DNA of 20,089 nucleotides from Salpingoeca rosetta (taxonomy: Eukaryota > Protista > Choanoflagellata), in the NCBI GenBank assembly GCA_033442325.1, contig JAWQFM010000028.1, positions 753,702 through 773,790 of the forward strand, in the 5' to 3' direction. How positions within the stretch are numbered: position 1 is the first letter of the stretch; every line of letters begins with the position of its first letter. The notes beneath the pieces are model-generated. The model was not told where the DNA came from. It ran no database searches and saw only the letters and a program-made list of their open reading frames with translations. The translations under genes were made by a program, and so were the position numbers. Below are positions 1-13,746 of the stretch, in pieces.

Positions 1-1
1 G

Positions 2-3
<2 letters not shown>

Positions 4-78
<75 letters not shown>

Positions 79-84
79 TGTGTG
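4..84. repeat. (GT)n intronic microsatellite
   Basis: Direct reading. Confidence 0.95.
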
Positions 85-90
85 TTGAAG

Positions 91-1289
91 GTGCCTGTGT
101 GCATCTCACCTACGCTGACGACGTTTGCGTCGTTCGTGTCTCTCGCTTTGCAGACAAGAGCCAGCACCTCCTTCTCCTTGGCCACGCCCTCTGTGCAGAG
201 GTGCACTTTGTGTGCATGCTTGTATTCGTGTGCTTGTGGCTTGTGTGTACTTGCGTGTGTGTGTGTGTGTGCTTGTGCATGTGTGTGCATGTGTGTGTGC
301 TTTTCGGAAGCGGTTGGTGTGTGATGCTCTGGGTCACGTGCCGTGTGCGCTGACCGCTGCCTGCGTGTCATTCAGGGCTGCATTTTGGCGGAGGACTGGC
401 TCTCCTTCCTCATCAACAACGCAGCAGGCTCAGCCCTCCCCGCCCAGTGGGAGGCCGGAAACACAAAGCTCCTGGTGTGTGTTGTGTTGTGTTGTGTTGT
501 GTTGTGTTGTGTTGTGTTGTGTTGTGTTGTGTTGTGTTGTGTTGTGTTGTGTTGTGGTGTATTGTGTTGTGTGCCCTTGCTCCTTGTCCTCCTCCTTGTG
601 CACTGGCACCACTTTCTTGTCCATCTGCTTGGTCACGCTGCACGCCTACACACGCACACGCACACGCATGCACGTACATCCAGCTCGGCACGATACTGCA
701 GGCGACCATGGTGATGCCGCACATGCTCATGCACCTGAGCACCATTTCATCCTGTCGCCCGCTGCTGCTGCTGCTCGCCCAGCACCTCTCTGCCGCCGTC
801 GCCATTCTCAGCGCAGACAACGCCGCAGACCTCAAGTCCATCTGCCCAGAGGTGCGCATACGCGTGTATGTATGTATGTATGTATGTATGTATGTGTGTA
901 TGTATGGTTGTATGTTTGTATGTATGGTTGTATATTTGTATGTATGTATGTATATTTGTATGTATGTATGTATGTATGTATGTATGTATGTATGTATGTA
1001 TGTATGTATGTATGTATGTATGTATGTATGTATGTATGTATGTATGTATGTATGTATGTATGTATGTATGTATGTATGTGTGTATGTATGTATGTATGAA
1101 CGCCCACACACAGGTTCGCTTACTCACCCAACCTACTTTCACCTTGCCCACTTGTCCCCCCAACACCAATCCTCAGTGCACGAACCTTGCTGCCATGTAC
1201 TCTGCGCTGCTGCATCACATCTGGACGGAGCACCTCCCTGTCGCCGCCATGTGGCCGAACCAGCCCCCAATCGCATACACCGCTGCAGG

Positions 1290-1379
<90 letters not shown>

Positions 1380-4300
1380 CGCTCATTGTTGGCTGTGTTT
1401 GGGGCGACTGACCTGCGGTTGTTGCCGTCGTGTTGCACTCTCTTGCGCGCACGTATATGTGTGCACATCATCCCAATACGCCTATCCTGTTTTCTGATAA
1501 TCCATGCCCTTCGTGTACGTGAATGTGTGCGACTCCACGGTGTCAACAGAGGATGCTGCGACTTACGGAGAAGACCTCTCCTCATGCTCTGCCGCATTCA
1601 TCGACAGGTGATGGCGCTGTGCACGCGTAATGCAACCTGACCCTTGTCTGCAATAGCACCCACAGCCACATCCACATACTCACACACACTCGCTCACTCA
1701 CTCACTCACTCACTCACTCGCTCACTCACTCACTCACTCACTCACTCACTCACACTCACATTCACACACAAACACAAACACAAACACAAACACACTCACA
1801 CTCACACTCACACTTGCTTACGTACACCAATCAGGATGGCGCTGGTACGGGAGTTGACGGATTTCAAGTCTGCGTCGCACCTCACTGCGCGCCAGTTCCC
1901 CGCCCGCTGCTTCAGCCTCCTCCTCGACGGTGAGCAAACAGATACGAGCCCGACCACATGGGCATTGTGTAGCACCACTGCCATCGTAGCATACATCACA
2001 CCGTGGTCTGACCTCACTTGCCGATGCCCTCGTCAACGCATCCATACACTCACTCATGCCTCTCTCTCTACCTCCTTGCCCCCCCCCTCTCTCTCTCTCT
2101 GCATCAGGTGCTGGACTGACGAATTTGCCTCTGCTAACGACGTGGCAGCAGAGTGGTAACGGCGGCGGCTCGACACCCAGCACCACCACATCCTCCTCCT
2201 CCTCCTCCTCCATCATGCCTCCCTCTGGTGGCGGCATCAAGCCTGGCATCCCAAAGTCGCACGGCTCGCGTGGTGCGCCGCCCACCATCGCCATTCGCCC
2301 GTCTGCATCGTCGTCGTCGGCGTCATCCTCGTCGCTCTCCCCGTCGCTGCTGTGCGGCGCTGGGGGCGGCGACGATGTGGACAGCGCGTGTGAGGATTTG
2401 GACGCGTGTCTTGACGCAATCTTCTACACGCACCCGCTGGACCGTGCAATGTGCCATGACGCAACGATGCAGCCAGACAAACAGCCACGCGGTGATGGAG
2501 GCGATGACGGTGCAGAGGTGAAAACGGAAGAGCCCTCAGACAACGACGTGGATCCCATGGACGATGGTGGCGACGATGGCGACGGTGGTGATGGGAGCGA
2601 GCAAGCCGCGAGGCATGGCAGTTGGATGGAGCAGTGCGAACGATTGCGGTTGCCACCTGCTGCCCGGAATGGTCGTCACAAACGAGATGGGGAAGAGCCG
2701 CACATGACGGCGCTCTGTTCTGGCGTTGCCTGCATGCACGAGGTCTTGCACTCGCGATTCCACGTCTCCAAGGACTCCCCCTCCTCCTCGCCCACAGTTG
2801 CCCGTGCTTTCCTCATCGCAGCCACGGTGTGTCTATGTCTGGGTCTGTGTCTGTGTGGGTGTCTGGGTGTCTGTGTGTGTCTCTATGTGCTCGGGTGCGT
2901 ACTCGTGTCTGTCTGTATGTCTGCAGGTGCTCAAGGGTGCAGTTCTAGCTGTGGTGAAGTGTCCACGAGTGCATCTGTTATCGAAGCCTCTTCCCCTTCA
3001 CGTGCTCACTTTGCCTCCTCGCTCCACCATTTGCGCAACAGATTGCACATCTGAAGATGCGACAGCTGTGTTCTGTTCACGGTATTGACCGTATGCGCGC
3101 GCTCATCGCCATCGCCGCCGTCTGCAAACAGCGCGATGGTCCGATCCCACACCCCACAAACCATTGGGGCACTTGTGCTCGCCCATCGTTTTCTGTGCTA
3201 CAATGTACAGCGCGCACCTCTCCGTATCTACCCACACTTTCCTTGCTGCCCAGAGTACATCTGTTCTCACAACACGCACGCACACACACGCACGCACACA
3301 CGCACGTACGCACACACACACACACACAAACACACACACAAACACACACACAAACACACGCACACACACACATCGATGCATGCGCATCCCAGGTGTCTGC
3401 TCTGGTGGGACGGGCCAACTGTTGATTGCACACATGTGCAGCGTGGAAGCGCTCACGCTGGACGATCTCATTGATCTTCCGCGACACACAAGCAGAGACA
3501 TTGCATGTACGTCCGTGCTCTCCCACACGCTTGTTGACCCTGACGTATCCCAACATGCTCGCCATCAAGTACTGTGCCACACAGGCCGCCCGCATGTGCC
3601 CAGTCGTGCACTCACCTCCATCGCCACGACAACATTGCATGCACTCAACTCTTGTTTCTCCTGTATCCATGTTTCGACCGCTAGCGTGGGTGACCATGTG
3701 TGCGGCGCCCGTATGTTCGCGCGTGTGTTCGCGCATGCGCTCGTTTGCTGCTTCTCGCCGCGCCGCCACCGGCCTCTTTGGCAGCAGCGGTGTCACCATC
3801 CAGCGAACAAGCGAGGTGTGTGTGTGTGTGTGTGTGTGTTTGTGTTTGTGTGTCTGTGTGTTATGTGTCGTGTGTGTGTGTCTGTGTGTGTATGTGTGTA
3901 AGCAACAGGCTGTGCGTGCTGGCCAATTGCCCATGTGAGCATGTCGTTTCCAACAGTCACTTTTGACTGCCCTCAAATCACAAATGCCCCCCTCACCACC
4001 CTCCCCCCCCCCAAACAAGCTGGTCCATCCCTCCTGCGCTCTGTGCCACCACCAATTCATGAACATCATCACCGCCATCATCATCTCATCCTCTGCAACC
4101 TTGTCCGATAACAGGTTCGACCTGCATTGCAGCTGGCCAAGTCCATCATCGACGTCCTGCAGTGTAAGTAAGCGCCAATGCCCTTCAATCAACAGCTCCA
4201 ATGCACGATGCACACATGCCCAAGCACATGCCATCCGCACCTCCTTGCTGCGATGAGTGCCCTGTTCCGTCGGTGCCTTCAAACACTCGCCACCTCCTCA

Positions 4301-7300
4301 CCTCCTCACCTTCCGACTGCCACCTTACATGTGCGCTTTTCTCTCCTCACCCCGCCACCAGCGGCCTCTGGTCTGTCTGGTCTGCGGCTGCCGGAGGTTG
4401 ATCTTCCATCAAACGCCATCATCAGCGCAGACGGCGATGGTGGCGACAATGATCTTGACGACGGTATCAGTGATGGCAGCGGAACTGGCGGTGATGAACA
4501 CGTTGACAGCAGCGGCGCACATACCATCCAGCACGACGAACGCGACGCTCTTGGTACGCACAACGGGCTCTTCTTCTCACATTCGTGTGCGGTTGCCATG
4601 TGCCTGTGCGTAGATGTGTTGTTGTGTCCAAGCTTGACATGTTGTCAAACGCACAGAGAGAGAGAGTGTGTGTGTATGTGTGAGTGAGTGAGTGAGAGTG
4701 CGTGAGTGAGTGAGTGAGTGTGTGAGTGAGAGTAAGTGTGTAAGTGTGTGAGTGTGTGAGTGTGTGAGTGTGTAAGTGTGTGTGTGTGTGAGTGTGTGAG
4801 TGAGAGTGAGTGTTAGTGTGTGAGTGAGTGAGAGTGAGAGTGAGACACACACACACACACACAGACAACCGTCCACAAACTCACCCCACGCAACCACCCC
4901 CATGATTTCAACACACCCCTTCCCTCTCCACGACTCCCTTCGCCATCATCAGCACACGCTGCGTCGCCGCCGTCGCATTCATCATCATCTGTGCTGCCAC
5001 CACACCGTCGCCGTGAACTGGCGGAGTGGCTGCTGCTTGAGGTCAAGCGCTGCGGCGCTTGCCACCACACCACCACCGACAATGTGCACACGCAGTCACT
5101 GCAACCCCGTGAGCAGCAGCGGGACGCTGGTGGCGGCACATCCGATGGTGCACCGACGACCACCCTGACGTGTGTGCTGAGTGGTGTGCAGGTGCAGGCC
5201 GTGTGCGAGGTGCTGCATGAGCTCGGATTTCCGGACGCTGCGCTGCGGTTTGCGCTGTGGATCATCGCCGAAACGGAGTGGAACGCCACTGCCCTTCTCG
5301 ATGCCGTCATTGCCAGCGCTCTCCTGCCAAACGCAGCCCTCCTCAAGTGCATGCCAGAGACCTTGGTCGAGGTGCGGTGTGTGTGTGTGTGCGTGTGCGT
5401 GTGTGTGCGTGTGCGTGTGTGTGCGTGTGCGTGTGTGCGTTTGTGTGTGGTGTGTTTATCGCGTATGATGCTTGTACACGAGTGGAATGCTTCGAGCAAG
5501 CCTCCATCTTTGTTGCCCATCCCTCACGGCTCTTGTGCCTGCACAGGTGTATGAAGCGCTCCTGCCGTTGCTTCGCACATCCACGCCGTCGCCTGTCGCC
5601 ATTTCCGCTACCCCATTCCTCTCATGGTAACAACCCACAACATGCATTCATTCTGTTGCTTCCACCGTGCGCTGATTTCTCCTGTGCGGTTGTAGCCGGT
5701 GCAGAGACGCCAACTCACCCAATACCTGCATCAACATCCATCAACCAACACAAACACTCGCACAGGGTGCATGGCGTTGTTGGTGATATTCTTCCTGAGG
5801 ACGCTGCGTTCATACCGCCAGCACTGCAGGTATGGCTGCCTCAGCCGTACTATGACAGACAACGTTGACGCTCATCATCACGCCCTTTTTGTCGGGCACA
5901 CAAATACACAAAAGCTGCCTGACCCTCAACGCCACACACGCACTCACTCACACACACACACTCACACACACACGCTCACACACGCTCACACACACACTCA
6001 CTCACTCACTCACTCACTCACTCACACACTCACTCACTCACTCACTCACTCACTCACTAACTCACCCATTTCACTTGCTTGCTCGCTCACTCGTAGGATG
6101 TGGCCAATCCGCGCTTGTCAAGCAGCAATCGCACGACGACGTCGGTGTTCGCATCGTTCCTCGCGGATCCAACACCGTCAATCCTCTCCTCCCTCCTCGA
6201 ATCATCATCGTCATCGTCGTCATCACAGACAGCGTTGGAGACGAAGCTAATGGACGAGACGCTCTCTGCGCTGTGTGGCCGCTCACCGGCAGACAAGACG
6301 CCAACGCCGCGTGCAGGTCAGCTTGGCGGTGGCTGGTGATGGGTGGGGCTGTGATGGCGAGAGATTGGGGCTGTCATCGCTGGAATGCGCCTGCCTTTGG
6401 CTGTAGTGACGCCGATACCATATCCCTCGCAATTCTCAGTTAATCATGGGCTTGCATTCACCTCACATACAACCATTTCCATTTGTGCACGTGCCTGTGA
6501 CCAGAAGCGTGCGCGTATGCGAGAAATCTCGCCGGCGCCATTTGTCGGTGTTTGCATGCAAGCACAACAGCACGCTCCATCCTCTTCAAAGTCCTTGAAG
6601 CGAAACTCCGCACACTCAACGTGAGCAACTGCTGTGTGTGTCTGACGAACTGACCGACTGTCTGTCTGTCTGCTTGTCTGTCTGTCAGTGTGTGTCTTAA
6701 CTGCGGTGTATGGTGGCGTCTCACGTGATGAGCTCCTTCTTTCCTGCATTTCTCTCCTTCATTTCGTTGCATCGCCGCCAATTTGCATCTCGCTCGTGAC
6801 ACTGCAGGCGTCCTCTCCTGAACACACACCCATCTCCCTGGCCGCATTTCTGCACGAGTGCATCTCCACCCGCTTTCTTCCGCCAGCAGCAGTGTGCAGG
6901 GTGCGAAACGCATGCGTTTTGGCAGTTTGTGTGTGTGTTGGGGGGGGGGGGTTGCATCTATGTGTGGATGTATGCATTCACAGTGGAGTGTGTGCACGTG
7001 TCTTTGTGCCTGTGTCTGCCTGCATCCTGCCACTTGGCCCGTTGCTTACCAGCCTCACCTGCTTGCTTCGCTGCTTTCACACATGCACACAAATGTACGC
7101 ACCTGACACGCCATCCTGCGCATCAGCTGCTTGCGCATGCGCTGCTGCCGTCGCGCGGCCCGCCCACGCCGTCAGCGCCGGTCCAGGCCGTTGTTGCTGG
7201 CATCGTCTACAGCAGCATCAGCGATGGCGGCGACCGCGGTGACGCTGATGACGACAACGCGAACGATGCAGCACCAGCAGCAGTCGTGGCGGACAGCGAG

Positions 7301-8970
7301 CCCGCCGACACAGAGAGCGAGTTGGAGGATGCGGTGGAGCGGGCGTGGATGCTGCTGCGGCCTCCCTTTGACGGGCAGACCGAGCAAGTCCAGCTGTTCA
7401 AGCTCCTCGTGCTGACGTTGCCTGCAGGCAATTCCAAATCGGGCGGCGCGCGAAGAAGCACCAGTGGCACCAGCGGCCCCGAAAGAGGCGGCCCAGCGCG
7501 TGCTGCTGGTGGTGTGGCGCCACCGTTGGGAACTGCGCCCGATACGCGGCCACTGTGGGTGCGGGTGATGTGGCGCGTGGTGCAGCGGCTGCTTCCGCTC
7601 GTGTGCGAGCACGTGCATCTGTCGACGGCGGCCATGCTCGCGTCCAGCGTCATCCCCGTGTTTCGCGCTGTGCTGGTCGGGCACTTGCTGCCGGTCAAGC
7701 ACCACCACAGTGATAGCAGCAGCGCTTGCGGCGATGATGTTGCTGTTGCTGCTGTGAAGACGAACGATAGCGACGCGAGCACCGGTGGCGACGACGGTAC
7801 TGCGGCTGAGGATGCCTGCACCGCCCATGCCGCTGTTTGGAGGGACACATGCAAACCGCTACCAATCGATGTGGCGCGGGCGCTCATCCGAACACTTTGT
7901 CGATCTTGTTCACCAGCCACACTCTCATGCACACTTCATCTCATCAAGGTACAGATATGGAATAGCGTGTCTGCCTCTGTGTGTCGTGTGGCTTTTCTGT
8001 GTGTTGTTTGTGTTGTGGTTGTGTGCATTGTGTTGCGTGTGTGTGTGTGTGTGTTGTTTGTGTGTGTGCATGTGTTTGTGTGTATGTGTGTGTATGTGTT
8101 TGTGTGTATGTGTGTGTTGGCGCATTTATTCCCGCTGCGCTTCCTGTGCCACCGGATGTTTGCTCTGCTTCTCGCACATCCCAAGTCCCTCACTCACTCA
8201 CTCACTCACTCACTCACTCACTCACTCACTCACACACTCACTCACTCACTCACTCACTCACTCACTCACTCACTCACTCACTCACTCACTCACTCACTCA
8301 CTCACTCACTCACTCACTCACTCACTCACTCCCGTGGTTTTCCATTGTTCAGGCTGTGCAGAAGGAGTGCGAGTCCGTGCAAGACCTCAAAGACCACATG
8401 CACGACGACATCATGACTGTATTGTTGGAGGTGCGGCACAACGCTGTGACATCGCGTGTTACACTACATTTGGACATTGGCATCCAGCCACCGCGTTGCA
8501 TTCATTGTGCCGTGTGATGTGTGCGGGCGTGTGTGTGGTCAGGGCTGCTGCGACGCGGAATGCATGGCATCGCTGCTGTCCATGTGTGCGACCGTCACGA
8601 AAGAGGGCTTCTTTCGTGTGATGAACAACGTGCTCGATGCAGGTGAGTCGTCACCCCAACACCTGCGCCTTTTTCAACACGTGCCACTGGTTCAACGTTG
8701 ATGGTCAGGAGCACATCGCATCCTTCAGGGGCCTCGGCCTTCATTCGTATCGCCACCGACTTGACCGCTTGTGTTTCTACTCGTGCGCAGATGTGCCCCT
8801 TGCTGAGGCGCCCGCATTTCCGTTGCTGCTGCGCTCGTGCGTCCACACAAAATCGCCGCTGTTTGCGACGATTCTCGCAGACACTGCAGACGCGCTCGCC
8901 GAGTTTATTGCTCGAGCAGCCGCAGACCAAAGTTGGTTTTGACACGTGTGGGGGTAGGGGTATGCTTTCT

Positions 8971-9037
<67 letters not shown>

Positions 9038-9691
9038 TGGGTGTGGGTGGGTGTGGGTGTGTGGGTGTGGGTGTGGGTGTGGGTGATGTGTGTGTGTGGG
9101 TGTGTGTGTGTGTGTGTGTGCTGTGTTTGCTGCGTTTGCTGTGGTGCATGCTGATCGGTATGCGTGCCTGTCAGCTCACTGCTGTACATTGCCTGTAACC
9201 CCATGTACTCTGGCGATGGTCCAGTTCCATCACTTGCTGCCATCATCAGCGGTGTTCGCTGCGTCACCATCCTTGCAGCCGCATGCGCAGACACCAATGC
9301 TGAGCGCCTTGCCTCCCGAGTCCAGTCAGTACTTCGTGCCTGTCTGTCTGTGTGTGTCTGTGTGTGTCTGTCTACGAGTGTGCGATGGTTTAAACTCTCT
9401 TGTCCGTGGTTTACGTACAACCGCATGATCTGCCTCACGCCCACATCTGCTTGTGTCACACCTGCAGTGACTTCTTGCTGAAGACGATTCAGCTTTATGT
9501 GTGGTTTGCACGCATGAGCGCTGGGGACCTGCCGACCCCACCAGCCTGGTCTTCGTCTGTCGTGTCGTCCGTTCTCCTGCCGCTGGTGGGTATTGTGTGT
9601 GAGGGGGGGGGGGATGTGTGTGTATGTGTGGGGGGATGTGTGTGTGTGTGCTTGTGGGGGGATGTGTGGGGGGATGTGTGTGTGTGTGTGC

Positions 9692-9728
<37 letters not shown>

Positions 9729-10128
9729 TGTCTGTCTGTGTCTGTCTGTCTGTGTCTGTCTGTCTGTGTCTGTGTCTGTCTGTCTGAGCTTTTGAGTTGT
9801 TGCGTATGTTCTCTGCTGTTCACTAGCTGCAAATCGAAGGTGTTTCTCGACATGCAACGCCCTTTCCCCTCCCCCCCCCCGGCCCTCAACCCACGCACGC
9901 ACATGTGCACCATCACCACTTCCTGCATGCAGGCGGAGCACGCCCTCTGCGTGACAGCGGACGTGCACCGGGCCATGGCCAACCCGGCGACGCGCGAGTA
10001 TCAGGACCTGATGAAGCACACGATCCGCCTGTGCCAGCGCCTCACAGACAGCCAACGGCGCGTGGTGTTTGCCATGGTCCCACCGCTCGCCCTCACACCT
10101 GTCACCACCTTTGATTTCGAATCATCAC

Positions 10129-10188
<60 letters not shown>

Positions 10189-11346
10189 GATGCGTGCGTG
10201 TGTGTGTGTGTGTGTGTGTTTGCGATGCGTGTGTGTGTGTGTGTGTGTGTGTGTTTGCGATGTGTGTGTGTGTGTTTGTGATGCATGTGTGGTACATGCG
10301 GTGTGTGTGTTTGCGATGCGTGTGTGTGTGCGTGTGCGTGTGAGATGTGTGTGGAGAGTTGCGAAGCATCTTTTCTTTTTCTGCTTTGTTGACTTGCACG
10401 TTGACTTACGGCTCCCGCTTGCGGTTCCAACGGGTCAACAGGAGGAACAGTTGCTGAAAGCAGAAGCGAACACGACGATGAAGACGATGACGGCATTGCA
10501 CGCGCGATTGATCCTGTCACCGCACGCATTCCCCGCGCCCTTCTCATTCCCCAGCACCGCGATAGCAACTCCATCTGTGAGTGTGACGAATGGGCCGTGC
10601 CTTGCGTGTGTGTGACCACCAGGCAGCGTGTGGCTTTTACACACATCGTGTCGGTTTGGCTCAATCACGCACTCACTCGCCCACTGACATGCGAACGTAT
10701 GAAAACCAACCAGCCAGCACACACATACACACACACACAAACAAACAAACAAACATACATACATACATACATACATACATACAACCACTCATTTTCATAC
10801 ATACACACACACTCACACACACAAACAAACAAACATACATACATACATACATACATACATACATACATACATACATACATACATACATACATACATACAT
10901 ACATACATACATACATACATACATACATACATACATACATACATACATACATACATACATACAAACAAATACACTCGCACACACGCGCGCGCTTTCCCTT
11001 CCCCTTTGCCTTTTCTCACGCCCCACCAGCCTGGGAACATGTTCGCGGCAAGCTGGTGAATCCACCCAGTGCACTGTTAGCCTCCGCGGGCACGGGTCGA
11101 GATGATAACATCGTGGACGACGCCGATAAGAGCATCAACGCGAGCAGCGGTGCACACCAGCACCAGCACCAGCACCAGCATCACTCGTCTCATCATCGCA
11201 CAGGCTCCAGGCACCAAAGCACATCTCCTTCCAAGCGAAGGCATACCGACACAGACCCCTCCCCTGCGCTCAATGCAGATTCCACGGGTGCTAACGACGC
11301 GCCACAACCACCACACAAGCGCTCACACAGCACTATACACACCTAA
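91..11346 (+). CDS. Large multi-exon hypothetical protein, 5'-incomplete, about 28 exons and ~1,600 aa in window; Leu/Ala/Cys-rich helical segments with acidic and Ser-rich linkers
   Basis: Phase-consistent GT-AG exon chain read by hand: 91-200, 376-474, 684-851, 1177-1288, 1550-1607, 1835-1929, 2108-2826, 2927-2953 (uncertain), 3042-3138, 3393-3506, 3685-3815, 4115-4163, 4362-4553, 4953-5371, 5547-5626, 5766-5829, 6097-6316, 6505-6620, 6808-6900, 7127-7948, 8353-8430, 8543-8642, 8791-8931, 9279-9324, 9468-9585, 9933-10076, 10442-~10576, 11030-11346. The phase of the last junction is unresolved, so the stop may be at 11059 instead. Microsatellites fall in the inferred introns. No family recognised. 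Confidence 0.7.
477..570. repeat. (GTGTT)n intronic microsatellite
   Basis: Direct reading; starts at the donor after exon 376-474. Confidence 0.95.
866..1098. repeat. (TATG)n intronic microsatellite
   Basis: Direct reading. Confidence 0.95.
1292..1378. repeat. (CA)n intronic microsatellite
   Basis: Direct reading. Confidence 0.95.
4656..4863. repeat. Compound (GA)/(GT)/(GAGT)n followed by (CA)n intronic microsatellite
   Basis: Direct reading. Confidence 0.9.
8188..8330. repeat. (CACT)n intronic microsatellite (similar tracts at ~1680-1812 and ~5941-6058)
   Basis: Direct reading. Confidence 0.95.
10129..10350. repeat. (GT)n tract with a higher-order unit, TTTGCGATG(C)GT recurring
   Basis: Direct reading; the interruption motif is repeated several times. 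Confidence 0.9.
10718..10970. repeat. (CA)/(CAAA)/(TACA)n compound intronic microsatellite
   Basis: Direct reading. Confidence 0.95.
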
Positions 11347-11742
11347 ACAGATGCGTTGTCGTGCATACTTGCGGGTGTGCGTGTATTGTAACAACATGAA
11401 GACGGAATGAGCAAAACCGCATTAAATGTTTCTACCCAACAGCTCAGGGTCTGTCCCAAAGGCTGCACAGGAGATGGCGGGCGGGGAACAGACAAAAATC
11501 TATGACGCAAGGAGCCACATGTAACATAACGTCGTAACCAAACCATGGTGGGGGTAACGCGGCGTCCATGAAGAGTCATGGGATGATAGTGATCAAAAGC
11601 AACAAAGGGGGGGGGGTGCAAACAACACAGAGGCAGAACCGAACAAGCTCTACTCTGGGACAGCGGGCTGGCTGCCTTGATTGCTGCCTGGGTGTGAAGG
11701 CTAACTTGATGGCTCTTCGTGCAACTGCGCAATGACATTGTG

Positions 11743-13689
11743 TCAAGCGTGGACTCCGAGGAACCGCATGAGAAGCCGCTGTTGCTGTACAATGTCATCC
11801 ACTCGCGCCTGATGCTGGAGAGATGTGAGAAGGAAGCGCAGCAGCAATTGCTGGCGCGACACATCTTCCTGGCGCCGGCTGCTTGACGAAACGGGCGGTT
11901 CGTCGCCGGTGTGCTGCTGCTGCTGCTGCTGCCACTGGCGCACAATGCCAAGGTTCTTTGCGACGAGCGCGGCGTGAGGATGGCTCGCGCCCACAGTGAC
12001 TGTGAACACTCGCAGCGCTGTCTCCAGGTGGCTCACTGCCTGGCCAAAGTCGCCCTTGCTGGCATAAGAGTTGCCCAGGTTGCCGTGGGTGATGGCGGTG
12101 CTTGGATGCTCAGCGCCATAGGTGTCCTGCTTGACTCGCAGCGCCTTGAGATAATACTCGATTGCCTGGTCCGTGTCCCCTTTGCCCTCTAACGCGCTGC
12201 CGAGGTTGTTGTAAGTGATGGCCGTCTCGGGGTGCGCAGCGCCCAGGAGCTTCGTCTTGATCTTGAGCGCACGCACGAAGCAAGCAATGGCGGCATCATA
12301 GTTTTGCATGCTCTGGTGGCAGCTTCCCATGTTGTCGATGGTGGCGGCCGTTTCGGGGTGCTCTTCGCCGAGAGCGCTCATCCTAATGTCCAGCGCTCTG
12401 CGATACCACGTCATGGCCGTGTCAACGTCGTTCATGGTCTTGTAGACGCTGCCGAGGTTGTTGCATGCCGCGCCCACCCTTGCGTGTGTCGGCCCAAGCA
12501 CCTTTGACCAGATCTTCGCGGCGCGCCGGAAGCACTGAGCCGCTTCGCCCAGCTCGTGCCTGCTCATGTGCGCGTTTCCCAGGTTGTTGAGGGTGATGCC
12601 GGTGTTCTCGTGATCTTCACCGACTGCCCGCAGCGTCAGCTCCAGGTCCCGCTTGTAGAACGCGATGGCCTTCTCGTGCGCACCGAACTTGGTCATGACG
12701 GTGCCAACTTGCCCGCAGAGCTGTGCCAGTGCCGATGGCTCAAGCGCCTCACTACTGGGGCGTTGCCCCTGCTTCTGTGCTGCCGTGTCCCTTGAGAACG
12801 CAGCCTCTGCTTCATCGACAAACGCGTGGACCGTTGCCAAGCACCACTGCCGCATCTGGTCCTTCACCACCTTGTTCAGCGCGGGGAAGCCGACGCTGGC
12901 ACGGATGGCCCCGAAGATCATGTCTCTGTCCTCTGCTTTCCAGGCCTCTGCTTTCTCTGCTTGCACCTCGACCAACATGTTCACCACGGCTTCAAAGTCG
13001 TGCAAGACGGCCTGCTTCAAGGCAGGGGTTTGGGCACTGGGCAGCCTGATCTCCAGCTCCACCTCGGGCTGGCTGATGCTGCAGAAGATTTCCCACAGGC
13101 ACCACGCGCGCGTCAGCGGCACGGGGTTGTTCCAAGGCGTCAGCACCAGCAGCACTTTGCCGATGGATGCGATCGACTCCTTGAACGTCGTGCTCCACCT
13201 GCAGCGTTGAGTTGTGGGGTGTTGGGGGGGGGGTGTCGAGGAGGGGTGTGAGATGGTGTGAGTGAATGGAGTAATTAAGGATGTGGTACAGTGACATGTG
13301 GCGTTGTATGCGGGGGCCGATCGCCAAATCCCATATGCATACGCACAGAGGGGAGTGTGTGTGTGTGTGTGCGTGTGTGTGTGTGTGTGTATGTGTGTGT
13401 GTGTGGTGGGGGGTTCCATTGTACTGGATCATGCNNNNNNNNNNNNNNNNNNNNNNNNNNNNNNNNNNNNNNNNNNNNNNNNNNNNNNNNNNNNNNNNNN
13501 NNNNNNNNNNNNNNNNNNNNNNNNNNNNNNNNNNACGTACTTGGACAGCTGCCCGCGGGTGTGGTATCTGCGCGTGAGTGTGCGTAAGAATCACTCTATG
13601 GTCTTATCCTGCTGACTTCAGAATACTATATTTAGCGCCTTGCTACGCTCACCCACGCACTCGCTCTCGGACACTCACAGACACACACC

Positions 13690-13746
<57 letters not shown>

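Noticed and set aside
4991-5060. Resemblance of 'ELAEWLLLEV' to FANCA
   Set aside because: A few-residue similarity from memory with no other supporting motif; no gene symbol assigned.
4-11105. Many ORFs rich in CV, HT, MYVC, HSLT or YIHT repeats on both strands
   Set aside because: They are translations of stop-free intronic microsatellites.
13199-13419. N-terminus of ORF 11743..13419 (MEPPTTHTH...)
   Set aside because: Intron sequence; the real frame joins exon 14154-13772 at the acceptor at 13198.
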